Source: Octopus bimaculoides (Eukaryota). Taken from it: 33,217 nt of DNA. Below the pieces are notes generated by a model, which ran no database searches, was not told the DNA's origin, and saw nothing but the letters and a program-made list of their open reading frames with translations. The stretch spans positions 102,843,143 to 102,876,359 of the forward strand of contig NC_068984.1 of NCBI RefSeq assembly GCF_001194135.2, read 5' to 3'. Of this stretch, positions 1 through 13,559 are shown one piece after another (position 1 is the first letter of the stretch; each line of letters begins with the position of its first letter). The translations under genes and the position numbers were made by a program.

Positions 1-15
1 ATATATATATATATA

Positions 16-1269
16 CACGGGGTACGATGACTAAATTATCGCACATGCGTAAATTTCGCACATACGCATTGTTTGTTTTTGATTTTGTCGATCACACAGT
101 TGTGCACCGTCTGTGAGAAAAACAGCACCCTGACACAATTTATTCTGCTAGATATTTCGAAATGACATGCTGTACTGCTTGGCTTTCGTGCTGGAAGCTC
201 CAATACGAACTTATCAGAGTGTTTGGGTGTCAACCTGAGGACAGTGCAGAGGATTCGGAAAGAGTTGGATGAGTCTAATGGTGATTATGAAGGTGCGGCA
301 GCTCGGAAAACTCACTCCGATCGTTCTAATAAGAAGAGAACTTCTGAATTTGTTGGTGAGATCCAGGCCATGATTGACAACAATCCCTCCAAGTCAATCA
401 GGTCCATCGCCAGGGACATGACAGTGTCTTACTTTCTTATCAAGCAGATAGTGCATGATGACATTCGATATTCCTCATACAAGATGAGAAAGGGCCAATT
501 TTTATCCCAAGCCATCAAGGACAAGAGGAAAGACCGCGCTATGATGCTTTTGAACAAATTCAAGCATCCCCTCCAACTGAACATGCTTTGGTTCTTCTCA
601 GACGAGAAAAATTTCTGCCAGGATCTGATGGTGAACACACAGAATAACCGTTGGCTTGCCGTGTTCTAAGAACATGTAGCGAGAGTGATAAAAATCAAAC
701 ATCCAGTCAACATCATGGTGTTTGGGGTGATGACTAGTGATACCAACGTTATGTCTCCAGTCATCTTCCCACAAGGCTTAAATCTCAACACAGAGGCCTA
801 CGTCAAGTCCCTGGATGAGGTAGTGCTGCTCCGGCTCAAGAGGGTGGTTGCTGGTACACTCTGTGTCTAGCAACAGGACTCTGCACCATGCCACACAGGC
901 AATAGAACCCAGTCATAGCTGTCAGGCAATTTCTGCGACCACACCACCCCTAACATCTGGTCACCTAATTCCCCAGACTGCAACCCCATTGTTTATTATG
1001 TGTGGGGCGCAGTTGAGCGAGTGACCAACAAAACTCCTTGTAACACTAAAGATGAACTGAAGATAAGGATTATGACAGCATTCACCAACTTAAACAAGAA
1101 GACCATCCAGAAGAGTTGCAAGATACCCAGAAGTCGTCTGGAGGCCGTGGTTGAAATCACTGGCGATGTCATTGAATAAATTTCCGATTTAGTATTCCAA
1201 GGTATTTTTATGCAATTTCGGTAAATATATATGTTAAAATGAGATGCCAGTGTTATTTTCATTTTTGCG
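16..1269 (+). mobile_element. Tc1/mariner DNA transposon, DD37D (maT/mori-type), near full length; right end lost in the N gap
   Basis: Starts at TA|CACGGGGTACGATGACTAAATTATCGCA straight after a (TA)n run and contains a transposase pseudogene (130-1179). The last called bases before the gap (TGCG, 1266-1269) match the start of the reverse complement of the left terminus. Confidence 0.88.
130..1179 (+). pseudogene. DD37D transposase pseudogene (HTH plus DDD catalytic domain)
   Basis: One reading frame, translated by hand: ...GVNLRTVQRIRKELD...SIRSIARDM (HTH), WFFSDEKNF (D1, 601), *QQDSAPCH (D2, 877), WSPNSPDCNPIVYYVWG (37 residues after D2; the third D position is GTT=V at 991), ending ...VIE* at 1177-1179. 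In-frame stops at 163, 667, 868 and 916; no frameshift. Confidence 0.9.
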
Positions 1270-1950
1270 NNNNNNNNNNNNNNNNNNNNNNNNNNNNNNN
1301 NNNNNNNNNNNNNNNNNNNNNNNNNNNNNNNNNNNNNNNNNNNNNNNNNNNNNNNNNNNNNNNNNNNNNNNNNNNNNNNNNNNNNNNNNNNNNNNNNNNN
1401 NNNNNNNNNNNNNNNNNNNNNNNNNNNNNNNNNNNNNNNNNNNNNNNNNNNNNNNNNNNNNNNNNNNNNNNNNNNNNNNNNNNNNNNNNNNNNNNNNNNN
1501 NNNNNNNNNNNNNNNNNNNNNNNNNNNNNNNNNNNNNNNNNNNNNNNNNNNNNNNNNNNNNNNNNNNNNNNNNNNNNNNNNNNNNNNNNNNNNNNNNNNN
1601 NNNNNNNNNNNNNNNNNNNNNNNNNNNNNNNNNNNNNNNNNNNNNNNNNNNNNNNNNNNNNNNNNNNNNNNNNNNNNNNNNNNNNNNNNNNNNNNNNNNN
1701 NNNNNNNNNNNNNNNNNNNNNNNNNNNNNNNNNNNNNNNNNNNNNNNNNNNNNNNNNNNNNNNNNNNNNNNNNNNNNNNNNNNNNNNNNNNNNNNNNNNN
1801 NNNNNNNNNNNNNNNNNNNNNNNNNNNNNNNNNNNNNNNNNNNNNNNNNNNNNNNNNNNNNNNNNNNNNNNNNNNNNNNNNNNNNNNNNNNNNNNNNNNN
1901 NNNNNNNNNNNNNNNNNNNNNNNNNNNNNNNNNNNAAATAGACATATAAA

Positions 1951-2324
1951 TATTCTTTATTCCTTTAATTTGTTTCAGTCATTTGACTGCAGCCATGCTG
2001 GAGCACCACCTTTAGACAAACAAATCGACCCCAGAACTTATTCTTTATAAGCCTAGTACTTATTCTATTGGTCTTTTTGCCGAACCGCTAAGTAATGGGG
2101 ACGTAAACACACCAACATCGGTTGTCAAGCGACAGTGGACAAACACAGACACAAACATATATATATATACGACAGGCTTCTCTCAGTTTCCGTCTGCCAA
2201 ATCCACTCACAAGGCTTTGGTCGGCCCGAGGCTATAGTAGAAGACACTTGCCCAAGATGCCACGCAGTGGGACTGAACCTGGAATCATGTGGTTGGGAAG
2301 CAAGCTTCTTACCATACAGCCAAT
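1951..2324 (-). mobile_element. tRNA-headed SINE, family A (full length)
   Basis: Minus strand reads GGCTGTATGGTAAGAAGCTTGCTTCCCAACCACATGATTCCAGGTTCAGTCCCACTGCGTGGCATCTTGGGCAAGTGTCTTC (A/B-box-like head), then an internal TA/TG microsatellite and the tail GCAGTCAAATGACTGAAACAA. Homologous to copies at 19.2, 25.1, 27.2 and 29.4 kb. Confidence 0.88.
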
Positions 2325-3198
2325 CCATCTTGCATTTCGGGATGGTCATTCTTTTTTTTTTTGCCAAATAAACACGCGCACTATTACTCGTTTATTACTT
2401 TTCTTATTTTATTATTTTAACTTATGTCCATTGTCTGGAACACACATCTGTAACCTCTTCAGTGATACTTTTCGTGTTCGTGTGTGTTCTTGCTCCACTT
2501 ACTCCATTCTGTTCTTCTAAGATGTATATCTTTATGGGCGCATGAGTATGTGTCCTTGTGTGTGTGTGCGTGCGTGTGTGTGTATGAATACGCTTGTGTG
2601 TGTGTCATCGCCGTTTAGCAGCAGTATGGCCTTCCTCACAGCCCCATCCTCTCAACCCCAGTGTGCTACTGCTGTCCTAAGACCCGAAAATACGGTACAG
2701 TTCCTGTATTCCTCTGTGTATGTATATTCGCCCACAGTGTTGCCATCGTGGTAGTTGTTGTTGTTATTGCCATCGTTGTCACCGCCGCTGCTGTTGGCGT
2801 TGTTAATCGTGATGTTGGCATTGTTGTGGCCGTTCGTGAAATTCTTTGTGTGTGTGAATGGCTTCGCTTCGTATGGTGTATACATCCATCCCCTTTATAT
2901 AGATTTATTTATTTTATTTATCTCTATCTCTTATATAGAGAGGTGGTCTCTATCAATTATAAGAGTTTTTTGAGTAATAAAAACAAAGGTGTTGGCGAAC
3001 ATATAAAAAAAACGCCTTAGACTTACATAACAACATCAACAGGAAATAACATGAACAGACACTGCATTAACAAAATGTCCCGTATTTTTAATTCATTAGA
3101 ATCTCTTAAATGTGACACTACACATATGAATTTACTCAGAGATGTCCTGTTGAACAGTAAAAGAAGCCATTAAATTAATGCAGATATCGCAACCAGCT

Positions 3199-3262
3199 CC
3201 CACCACCACCACCACCACCACAACAACTACTATTACTACTACTACTACTACTACTACTACTA
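3199..3262. repeat. (CAC)n/(TAC)n trinucleotide microsatellite
   Basis: Seen directly. Confidence 0.9.
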
Positions 3263-3384
3263 TCATTTCTACTACTGATAGTAAGATGGCCACAATTGAG
3301 CTCATCCTTTAATATAAGACCAATCTTTGTGCAGTAGTATGGTCGATATAACTGCCACCTGAATAGTACTTCTACTTTCTGTAA

Positions 3385-3460
3385 CCATCCTAATGAAATC
3401 GATCATAAAATATTCAACTCCGACAAGATTTGAACGCAGAATATAGAAGAACGAAACAAA
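3385..3460 (-). mobile_element. Possible highly decayed SINE family B fragment
   Basis: AATCGATC...AACTCCGACAAGATTTGAACGCAGAATATAG weakly resembles the reverse complement of the family B B-box segment (GTTCTGAGTTCAAATTCCGCC). Confidence 0.3.
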
Positions 3461-4044
3461 ACAACTGTATGTATTTTGTTCAGTGAGTTATCTTTTTTGT
3501 ATTTCATCGAGTTCTATCGTACCCAGCTTCCTGTAATTACGACTAATTGTGGGTCTACAGCAACACTGCCGCTACTATTTCAAAAATTATCTCCCAACTT
3601 TATTGAGAAGACAAAATGAAGTCTTCCTTACTCAAGCGAACTATCAAAGGCCATAGAAAATTCAAATATATTCAGTTGAGATGATTCTCTGCTGTTTATG
3701 AAGTTCATTTCGCACTTAAATTCTAATGGCAGAATATATTTGCATTAATTTTCTCACTAAAGAAACGCGAAGAGATATGTATGGCAGCTCAGGTTCTATT
3801 TAAGAGTCACAGTAAGCAGGATGTGTATTTGCATATCGTCTTATATAAACGGAATGATTTCACTGTAGTTTAGCAATCTCAAGAAACTTGAAACTACTTT
3901 TTCACTATCTTTCACGGTTGTTGTTGCTGTTGCTTTTTCAATTGCATATATAAAGATGTTTCAAATACATCTATTTACATTCTAGTAAAAGCGTGTATTC
4001 AGTCCCACGGCACATATTCCTTTATTATATTTCTTTATAGTTTC

Positions 4045-4096
4045 ATATATATATATTTACACACACACACCACACAAACACACACAGATGCACACA

Positions 4097-4174
<78 letters not shown>

Positions 4175-4398
4175 CACATATTGAAATCCATTGCTTAAAT
4201 ATTCTTGCACATATTGATTCGCATATATTGAAATGGCCTGTTAATATGTACGTGCATAAACGATGGACTTCCAAATCTGGAATGGCGATTATTGTTGAAT
4301 ACACATCCATATACACACACTCACACACGTGCCCACACACATGTGCACACATAAAAATTCCTTCATACACACATTTACATGCATTATATATATATATG

Positions 4399-4429
<31 letters not shown>
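4045..4429. repeat. (CA)n and (TA)n microsatellite cluster running into a gap
   Basis: Long (CA)n at about 4065-4180 and (TA)n at about 4385-4429. Confidence 0.92.
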
Positions 4430-5324
4430 NNNNNNNNNNNNNNNNNNNNNNNNNNNNNNNNNNNNNNNNNNNNNNNNNNNNNNNNNNNNNNNNNNNNNNN
4501 NNNNNNNNNNNNNNNNNNNNNNNNNNNNNNNNNNNNNNNNNNNNNNNNNNNNNNNNNNNNNNNNNNNNNNNNNNNNNNNNNNNNNNNNNNNNNNNNNNNN
4601 NNNNNNNNNNNNNNNNNNNNNNNNNNNNNNNNNNNNNNNNNNNNNNNNNNNNNNNNNNNNNNNNNNNNNNNNNNNNNNNNNNNNNNNNNNNNNNNNNNNN
4701 NNNNNNNNNNNNNNNNNNNNNNNNNNNNNNNNNNNNNNNNNNNNNNTATACATTTACATATACTTAAAGAGAGAGAATCAGAAGGAGTGACAGAGAGAGA
4801 TGGGATGATTAGTTTAAGATTAATCAATAGTTTTGTATACATAAGATTATTCAGGACATAGAAATAGAGGACACGTCTCGTTAGATAAATGAAAATCATA
4901 CGCTTCATGTCGACCAGAAGGAGGCTACGGGAAGCTACTTCCTTGTCTCTTTTATGAATTATTGTATTAGAATCTTACATAGCAACTTCTGTGCAGTGAC
5001 TGATAAGAGTAGGAAACTTGTACATAATTTATCATAGATTTATATTGACATCTTTTCAAAAGACTACATTGAAGTATATTATTTTATCATTGATTGAATA
5101 AGGGAGACACCAATAGGTTTTTCTCGTTCAATTTGGAGAGACACATTCACTTTATTCATTTTCTCTCTCTATCTTCCTCAGTTTCTCTTCCCAATTTCCC
5201 TCTCTCCTGCTCTCTTTCGATCTATCATGGCACTGATTCAACTATTTGTCCTAAACACTACACTGCCATTCAGCTTTTCCCCTTATCTCTCCGTGAATTT
5301 AAATATCAATTTATCCATCAAAGA

Positions 5325-5656
5325 CTTTATCCATCCATCTATCCATCCATTATTCTATCCACCCATCAATCCATCCATCCGTCTGTTCCATCCATCCCTC
5401 CATCCATTTCTATCAGTTACTTTCCCACCGGATGGTCTAAGTTCGACAGTTATATGAGAACTTCCGGGTCAACTTATTCTGATGTGACCCTTAACATAAT
5501 AGTCAATCTCCTCAGCTTATCCATTTTCTTTGTTTCTTCCTCTTTTTTCATTCTGCCTTTCTTTCTTTCTTTCTTTCTTTATTTATTTATATATTCATTT
5601 ATTTATTTATGTCTGTATCTCCCTCTCTCTCGTTATCTATTCTTAAAATTATTCAC

Positions 5657-5711
<55 letters not shown>

Positions 5712-5766
5712 CTTATCTATTTAACTAATCCTGTCATTCAAATTCTTGTGTGTATGTATATAAATA

Positions 5767-5823
<57 letters not shown>

Positions 5824-5850
5824 CCGCGCGCGCGCATACACACACAAACA
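5325..5850. repeat. Compound microsatellite tract: (ATCC), CT-rich, (ATCT)n, (CA)n, (TA)n
   Basis: Seen directly; explains the spurious 278-aa ORF 5094-5930. Confidence 0.9.
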
Positions 5851-6189
5851 TGCACACATACATGTATGCAATTATGTCCGTAAACGTATATGTATCGTAT
5901 TTTCTAGCTGGGTTACAAATACAATTTTAAAGAGAATGATAGCAGTGGGTATGTGCCCATACGTATGCACACATAAACACACATTTTCATAAACACAATT
6001 ACACTAACTCATTCACACACACACCACTCTTTAAAAATTACATTAGTAGCCCAGCCAGAGTGTATAAACTTGCTCTTTAAGTTGTAATAGCTACACAGTC
6101 TTTTCTGTTTCCACTTCCTGGTCGTCAGCGAAGCTCCCACGCTCAGTTGTCTTCATTATTCATTTCTTTACTTTAGACATTACAATATA

Positions 6190-6205
6190 TATGCATGTAT
6201 GTATG

Positions 6206-6279
<74 letters not shown>

Positions 6280-6352
6280 TAGTTAGACAGTGAGACAGAT
6301 AGAGACAGAGAGATTGATACATACATATATACATACACATACACCCTATATG

Positions 6353-6440
<88 letters not shown>
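6190..6440. repeat. Compound microsatellite (TA)n/(CAGA)n/(TATG)n/(GATA)n
   Basis: Seen directly. Confidence 0.92.
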
Positions 6441-6864
6441 CTTTGTGGGTTTTCCTATTTATATATTATGTTTTGCAATTTTTCATTTCATTTGCTTCAA
6501 ATATGTCAAAAGTACTCTTGTACTTGGGTTACTTGGAAACAAATCTTCCTATTCGTATTCGAAATACTTACAGATTCCTACTGCATTTGAGAACAGGCAC
6601 CTATACACAAACATACAGACAAGCGCAGACATAGACGTATACGTATACATGCAAACACTTATTGCCATATGTTTAAAAGTGAAAAAGAAAGAGTACTCAA
6701 TATGATTTGTGGAGGCTGTCATTTGTTTCATGCAATACTTTAGTCTGTTACTACAGTTTTCACTCTTCGGCCTCTAACTTATGTGTATGAATATCCATAA
6801 ATACTCACACGCGCGCGCGCATATATTGTCAGAGTATACAGTTAGCCTCTCACGTTACTTACCA

Positions 6865-7200
6865 TTTTTTGTACATTGTTCACTCATTGGACTACGGACA
6901 TGCTGGGGCATCCCCTTGAAGAGTTCAGCGGAAGAAATTAATCCCAGTACTTTTATTTTTTTAAAATCTGGTACTTATTATATCGATCTCTTTTGCAAAA
7001 CACCAGTTGTGAAGCGGTGGAAAGGAAAAAAACACACAATCACACACGGGCTACTTTCTGTTCCCATCTCCCAAATCAATTCACAAAGCTTTATTGGCCT
7101 GAGTCTATAGCAGGATGCACTTGTCTAAGGCGCCTTACTGTAGCGGTGAACCCGAAACCATTTGGTTGGGAAGAAAACATCATACCACACACCCACACCT
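6865..7200 (-). mobile_element. SINE family A, old degenerate copy
   Basis: Colinear similarity to the 1951-2324 copy: ACATGCTGGGGCATC, GGTACTTATTATATCGATCTC, TTCACAAAGCTTTATTGGCCTGAGTCTATAG, TGGTTGGGAAG. Confidence 0.7.
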
Positions 7201-7393
7201 GCTTCTATGGTCAGTATACCACGTCTTTTTAATGTTTATTTAAATATTCATCTTTTCGCCTCCTTATCTACAAGAGGATGCTCAACAGCTTGTACACACA
7301 CACACACACGCACACACACGTGTATGTATGTATGTATGTATGTATGTATGTATGTATGTGTGTATGTATGATCCTAATATTGTGTAACAGACC

Positions 7394-7610
7394 AAGGCGG
7401 CAAGCTGGCAGAAACGTTAGCATGCCGGGCAAAATTCTTCGCGGCATTTCGTCCCTCTTTACGTTCTGAGTTCAAATTCCGCCTAGGTCGATTTTGCCTT
7501 TCATCCTTTCGGGGTCGATAAAATAAATATCAGAGGAGTACTGGCGTCGATGTAATTGACTTACCCTCTCCTTCGAACATCCTGGCCTTCTGCCAAAATT
7601 TGAAACCAAT
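7394..7610 (+). mobile_element. tRNA-headed SINE, family B
   Basis: AAGGCGGCAAGCTGGCAGAAACGTTAGCATGCCGGGC...GTTCTGAGTTCAAATTCCGCC...TTTCATCCTTTCGGGGTCGATAAAAT...CCAAAATTTGAAACCAAT; colinear with 31879-32092. Confidence 0.88.
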
Positions 7611-8349
7611 TTTGTAGAACTGTTAGGAAAAACTATATCACTCAAGTTTAAACACTCCTAAGACTAACTTCTAAACCATACTCTATCAATGACCAATAAA
7701 AAAAGAGTCGGTATTATACAAGGTACTCAAAACAAATCGAACAGTACAGTGACAACAAAAGGAGATATTAGCGAAACAACGTACATACATNNNNNNNNNN
7801 NNNNNNNNNNNNNNNNNNNNNNNNNNNNNNNNNNNNNNNNNNNNNNNNNNNNNNNNNNNNNNNNNNNNNNNNNNNNNNNNNNNNNNNNNNNNNNNNNNNN
7901 NNNNNNNNNNNNNNNNNNNNNNNNNNNNNNNNNNNNNNNNNNNNNNNNNNNNNNNNNNNNNNNNNNNNNNNNNNNNNNNNNNNNNNNNNNNNNNNNNNNN
8001 NNNNNNNNNNNNNNNNNNNNNNNNNNNNNNNNNNNNNNNNNNNNNNNNNNNNNNNNNNNNNNNNNNNNNNNNNNNNNNNNNNNNNNNNNNNNNNNNNNNN
8101 NNNNNNNNNNNNNNNNNNNNNNNNNNNNNNNNNNNNNNNNNNNNNNNNNNNNCGATCTTATATATATATATATATATAAAAACACACATATATGCATACA
8201 TACACACATACATATATAGTAACAGAGAATGAACGAGCAAAAGGTATGGTATCACTTTAGGCCATTTAATATATAATAAAAACATAGTGCAGACTTGTAG
8301 TAAATTCGCAAAGTCTCCTACAGCCGTTTTTAGAATCTCTAAGCATATA

Positions 8350-8552
8350 GACCATATCCACGTGACCACCATCTTGTGGCCGATCAGGATGTCAGATGTT
8401 GTCTCACATCGCTAGTCACAATGCCCATTTACATTGTTTTAGCCTTCAAATGACACCACCCTGCTGGCTAGGCGAGCAGGCCTACATTCCCCACTGGTCG
8501 AAAGGGGCGACTGGAGCAACGTGAAATGAAGTGTTTTGTTCAAGAACACAAA
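8350..8552 (-). mobile_element. 5'-truncated SINE sharing its central segment with the 10.7-kb SINE but with a different tail
   Basis: Minus strand GGCGGCGCTTTGTGTTCTTGAACAAAACACTTCATTTCACGTTGCTCCAGTC matches 10763-10815; the sequence diverges after that. Confidence 0.65.
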
Positions 8553-8956
8553 GCGCCGCCCACTCAAAGATAATATATTATAGAGAAAAGATTTCAATGT
8601 AAGTTAACTACTCCGTTATCGGGGAGAGAGAAATAAAAAATATCCTTAATCAAGGATAGTAGTTACCAATTTCTCGAGGAACTAAGGAGTTTCCAAAGTA
8701 AAACATAATAGGGGTTGGTAGTTGCATGGTCAAATATTTAAGGAAATCCTTTGTAAAAGATGTCAGTTATTGCTTATTCATTTTCAGTCTTTAATGTACA
8801 TCTACCCGCTCAACTATGAACCACTCTTAACTGTTTTGATAGGCAGTTTCAGCACCATCTTTGTTTCAGTTGTATTTCGAGTTGGAGTTTTAGTGACAGA
8901 CCAAACTGAGCACTTATAGTACATATCTATTATGTTACGTCATTTATACACCCCCC

Positions 8957-8966
8957 AACACACACA

Positions 8967-9022
<56 letters not shown>

Positions 9023-9215
9023 NNNNNNNNNNNNNNNNNNNNNNNNNNNNNNNNNNNNNNNNNNNNNNNNNNNNNNNNNNNNNNNNNNNNNNNNNNNNNN
9101 NNNNNNNNNNNNNNNNNNNNNNNNNNNNNNNNNNNNNNNNNNNNNNNNNNNNNNNNNNNNNNNNNNNNNNNNNNNNNNNNNTATATGTATGTATGTATGT
9201 ATGTATGTATATATA
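8957..9215. repeat. (CA)n and (TATG)n flanking a gap
   Basis: Seen directly. Confidence 0.9.
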
Positions 9216-9972
9216 TAATGTTTGCCTCTTTCTACCAAAGTTTCACAGTTCATTAAAAAGGTATTCTATAATTCTATATAAAATAGAAGCGAGAGAATAT
9301 TATACTTGGAAAGCAAAAGCACGGAGAAAAAACAAAAGAAGAACAAAACAAACTATTGCCATAGTTACATACTCATGCATTATTAGTTAATTATCAAAAA
9401 GTCAACTCCAACTAATGTGTTTGCACGCGGGCATTCGTGTGCGTAGATATGTATGTGTAAAGCAAATATATGTCTCTGTAGGTATTTGTATTCATACATA
9501 CAGATGTATAAATTATATCTTTAGACATTAATATTTTATATAAATATCCATATATACGTAAAACCATATGCCCGCAATACGCTCACACACACACACACAC
9601 ACTTACACTTACATCTATATTCAAAAAGAGATTAAAAAAATGAAAAAATAGTGAAAGAGTTCGTGATGTAAACAGAAAAGAAACCGTTATGATAATTAAT
9701 ACCATACTAATGCTGCTTTACTAATCATACCATGAAACGTTAAGTTCAGAGATTTTTTAAAAATCAATTTAATTACACCAGTGTACTTGTTTACTTCTCT
9801 GTGTCCTTTATCTCTAGTGTCTTTTAGTTTATTTACACGGAAAAGTAGTTAGAGCATCGTTCATACAACTCCCGATAGGGTCGATGCGTCTGATATTTAT
9901 CTTGAACTTTTGCATTTTGATATTTGAGAGGGGCAAAAATATTTGATGACTGACAAGGGAAGCTCTTTAAGA

Positions 9973-9975
<3 letters not shown>

Positions 9976-10016
<41 letters not shown>

Positions 10017-10018
10017 TC

Positions 10019-10077
<59 letters not shown>

Positions 10078-10095
10078 GTCTCTCTCCCTCTCTCG
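9976..10095. repeat. (CT)n microsatellite
   Basis: Seen directly; explains the ER/SL-repeat ORFs. Confidence 0.95.
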
Positions 10096-10697
10096 CTAAA
10101 AATATCAACGATTCCTCCCTCAAACCATACCCTGCTGTCTTCAAACAAGATGGACACATTGGACTGTCTAAATGGAAGTAATGGTCATGATGGAAGGCCT
10201 GATCTTAAGTTAAACGATAACGTTGTGGAAATATTGAGACAATGAAATGGAAAAACAATGAGATAGTGAAACGTTGAGACAGGAAAAGAAAGATCCATTC
10301 TCTGTGTGGTTGTTCGGCTTGCTAGAAATTGCTACCATATCCTATCAGCTCAAAATGGGACTTCTTAAAAGACGAAAACTCCATTCGACATTGCAGTCTT
10401 AGGTATAGAAAAAGACGAGATAGTCATGGATTGAATGTCTTTAATTATTCAATTGATCAATAAAACCTGAACTGTAAATACAAAAACAATAACATCAACA
10501 GTATTCAGAATTACTTCAATTTTAATGCACAATTTCGGGGCGGTAGCTCGGAGAGACACAAAGTAGGGTTGAAGGATGGAAGAGTGATAAGCGCTTCAGT
10601 TGAGACTGAATAAGAATTCTGTACTGTTTACAATTAGAAACTTTAAAAAACATAAGAAAATCAAAATGTATTTGAATCAATGGTTGTAATGTTTTGT

Positions 10698-11018
10698 GAA
10701 GACGCGTAGCTTAATGGTTAAGGTAATCGGCTCACTATTGCAAGGTCGTGAGTTCGATTCCCTGCGGCGCATTGTATCCTTGAGCAGGACACTTTATTTT
10801 CACGTTACTCCAGTCCACTCAGCTGGCAGAAATGTAGTACCTGTAATTCTAAGGGCTGGCCTTGTCACAGTCCGTGTCAAGCTGAATCTCCTTAAGAACT
10901 ACGTTAAGGGTACGCATGCCAGTGGAGTACTCATCCACATACATGTTAATTTCACGAGCAAGCTTTTCCATTGATCGGATCAACTGGAACCCTCATTATC
11001 GCAACCTATGGAATGCCA
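10698..11018 (+). mobile_element. tRNA-headed SINE, family C variant 1
   Basis: Head GACGCGTAGCTTAATGGTTAAGG...GAGTTCGATTCC (A and B boxes). The 3' half (CCTGTAATTC...CCTTGTCACA...GAACTACGTTAAG...GTTAATTTCACGAGC...GATCGGATCAACTGGAA) matches the reverse complement of 24094-24270. Confidence 0.82.
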
Positions 11019-12229
11019 TATTACATAATGTTTTGATGAGTGAATGTTTAGCAATTAGCGTGCTTTCTTGTTTTAAGGCGAAGTTTAGAACGCTTGTGTG
11101 TGTACAATTTGGTGCATACAAAATAGAGTGATCTTGCAGAAAATTTACATGCTAACGAATGAAAGAGGACTGAAGCTATTGGGTGATAAATTAACTCGAG
11201 ATTCTCTCAGTAGACACGATTGAAGTCTTTGCTGGTGCCAAATTTTCCACAGTATTTTCATTATGTTTCTCAAGGTTTAGACACTTCTGACGTGTAACGT
11301 GGGAAAGCAAGTCTCCAGTAGATCTTTATTTATAGAAACCGCAATAACTAGAAACAGAGAAACAGATGTTCATAAAAATATAAGTTTGATAAAGAAAAAA
11401 AATTTCAAACTTCTTTCTCAAAGCATAAGACTGTACTTGGCGCAGGAACCTACTGGCGTGTAAAGTACGAAAACTGGAAAACTACACTTTCCATAATATA
11501 AAAAAAATATACACCGTATACCTCCCTAAGTAAGATTGCAACCCCCTCCATAAACACTGACACCAGGCAACCAGACCTAAAGGGTCGTATATAATGTTAG
11601 ATATAACCGTCTGTGAGGATCTCTGATGGTGAACGAACGATCTTAACATTGTCAAAATTGAATCACAATCAATACTCGCCATTGCTTTCAAAGGCAGAAA
11701 ATTTTCCAGTTGCCCAAATCTAAGATCAAATGAAATCTACAATTGGATAGTGTTTCTATATCTTTGACGAAACTACTGTTAAACGTATACAGACATTTCA
11801 TATTTCATAAAAATAAAAAAGCCACCTGACTAATTGACAATGCTGGGTATCATATTGCAGCATCTGACTTCTATATGTACCCTTTTCTTTCCGTCCCTTT
11901 CTACTGTAACTAAAGTGGCAATGTCTTCCTCGCTGACTGATCTCGTACAACTTTACTGGGACATTCCCAGTTAACAAGTCTTTCCTCTTCACTCGGTCAT
12001 CTTCCTGATCTCACTCCCTACAAGTGTTTTTTCCCCCTTACTTGCATCTGTTAATTGCGTCGATCACAACTGTTTTAAAGGGCGAAAGTCATGGACGAAA
12101 CCCTTCCCTTCAGATTAAACCTTGAGTAAAAAAAAGCTGTTTCAATCATCTTTGAGATGCTAAAAGTAATGGTGATAGTTTCTATGATCAATGGGATAAT
12201 TTAATTGATAGATTCGTGGGAAATATTTA

Positions 12230-12445
12230 TGCACATCACACACACACATGTAGGCATGTATACATGTGTGTGTACGTAAATACACATACAATATATATAA
12301 TATAAATATATTATATATGAATATATAAATATATATATATATATATATACATATATACATACAGGCATACATGCATACATACAAGCATAAATACATACAT
12401 ACATACATACATACATACATGCATGCATATATACATGCATACGTG
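12230..12445. repeat. Compound (CA)/(TA)/(TACA)n microsatellite
   Basis: Seen directly. Confidence 0.9.
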
Positions 12446-12839
12446 TGAGTATATGTGAGTATTATGCGTTTTATTACTCCGTTATTGTTTGTTTTTACTT
12501 GGTATTATTATTGTAAGTTTTATTTTTGTACCTTGATGTTATATCAAAGTGAACATCGGCAATCAATATTTTGTTATTTAATTACATTAATGCATTTGTG
12601 TTTTATTTGCTATAGTAACATCGAAATATTTGTGTTATAGAGATTAGTTACCAAAGGGATATTCCATAGATTCTATAGTCGATATTTCATGACATTAATC
12701 GCAGTATAAAGTTTAGAAGGAGGCTGTTGCAGAAAATACTGCTACAGGCTTTAGATGCTTTCCAAGCGATCAGTATGAAAAATAATAGGAAATTTAAGGC
12801 ACAACCAGATCAAACGGAACTGTTTGTCAATCTTGCTAG

Positions 12840-13255
<416 letters not shown>

Positions 13256-13559
13256 GTAAAATTGGATCAGTATCTGAAAATCATGAACACTCAGATTTGT
13301 TTTGTAATTTTGAATTATTAATTCATAATTAAAAAGAAAACATACAATTTAAAGATTTTGAAAATCAGTTATTTAAAACATATAATACGTCTGTTTCTTA
13401 GTAACTAATCGGCGCTTTTATAAGCAAATTCTTTCCCTTAGCAGAAGAAGCAAGCGAAGAAAAGACGATGTCAACTAGTTTCAGTATGTATTTCTGGATC
13501 ACCTGCATTCTGCCACCTTGGAGCCTTTCTAGCATGGCAGAACATATGAAGAATTTAGA

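Noticed and set aside
2122-2520. Recurring peptide-like ORFs (…LWSARGYSRRHLPK…) at 2.1, 25.1, 27.2 and 29.4 kb
   Set aside because: Antisense translations of SINE family A, not a gene family.
2600-2760. GC-richer stretch with a short ORF (MAFLTAPSSQPQ…)
   Set aside because: No recognisable domain or clear splice frame; flanked by simple repeats.
3738-3834. Two octamer motifs ATTTGCAT (3738, 3827)
   Set aside because: Expected by chance in AT-rich DNA; no promoter context.
5094-5930. 278-aa ORF
   Set aside because: Starts at TTG and consists of microsatellite translations (LSIY, HT repeats); no domain.
10095-10445. Two degenerate tandem copies of an old repeat tail (GACACATTGG…GGTCATG)
   Set aside because: Within-window identity is too low to delimit or classify.
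11480-12060. Possible L1/Tx1-like ORF1/RT fragments on the minus strand (e.g. LVTVER…HIEVRC)
   Set aside because: Similarity is too weak and fragmentary to support.
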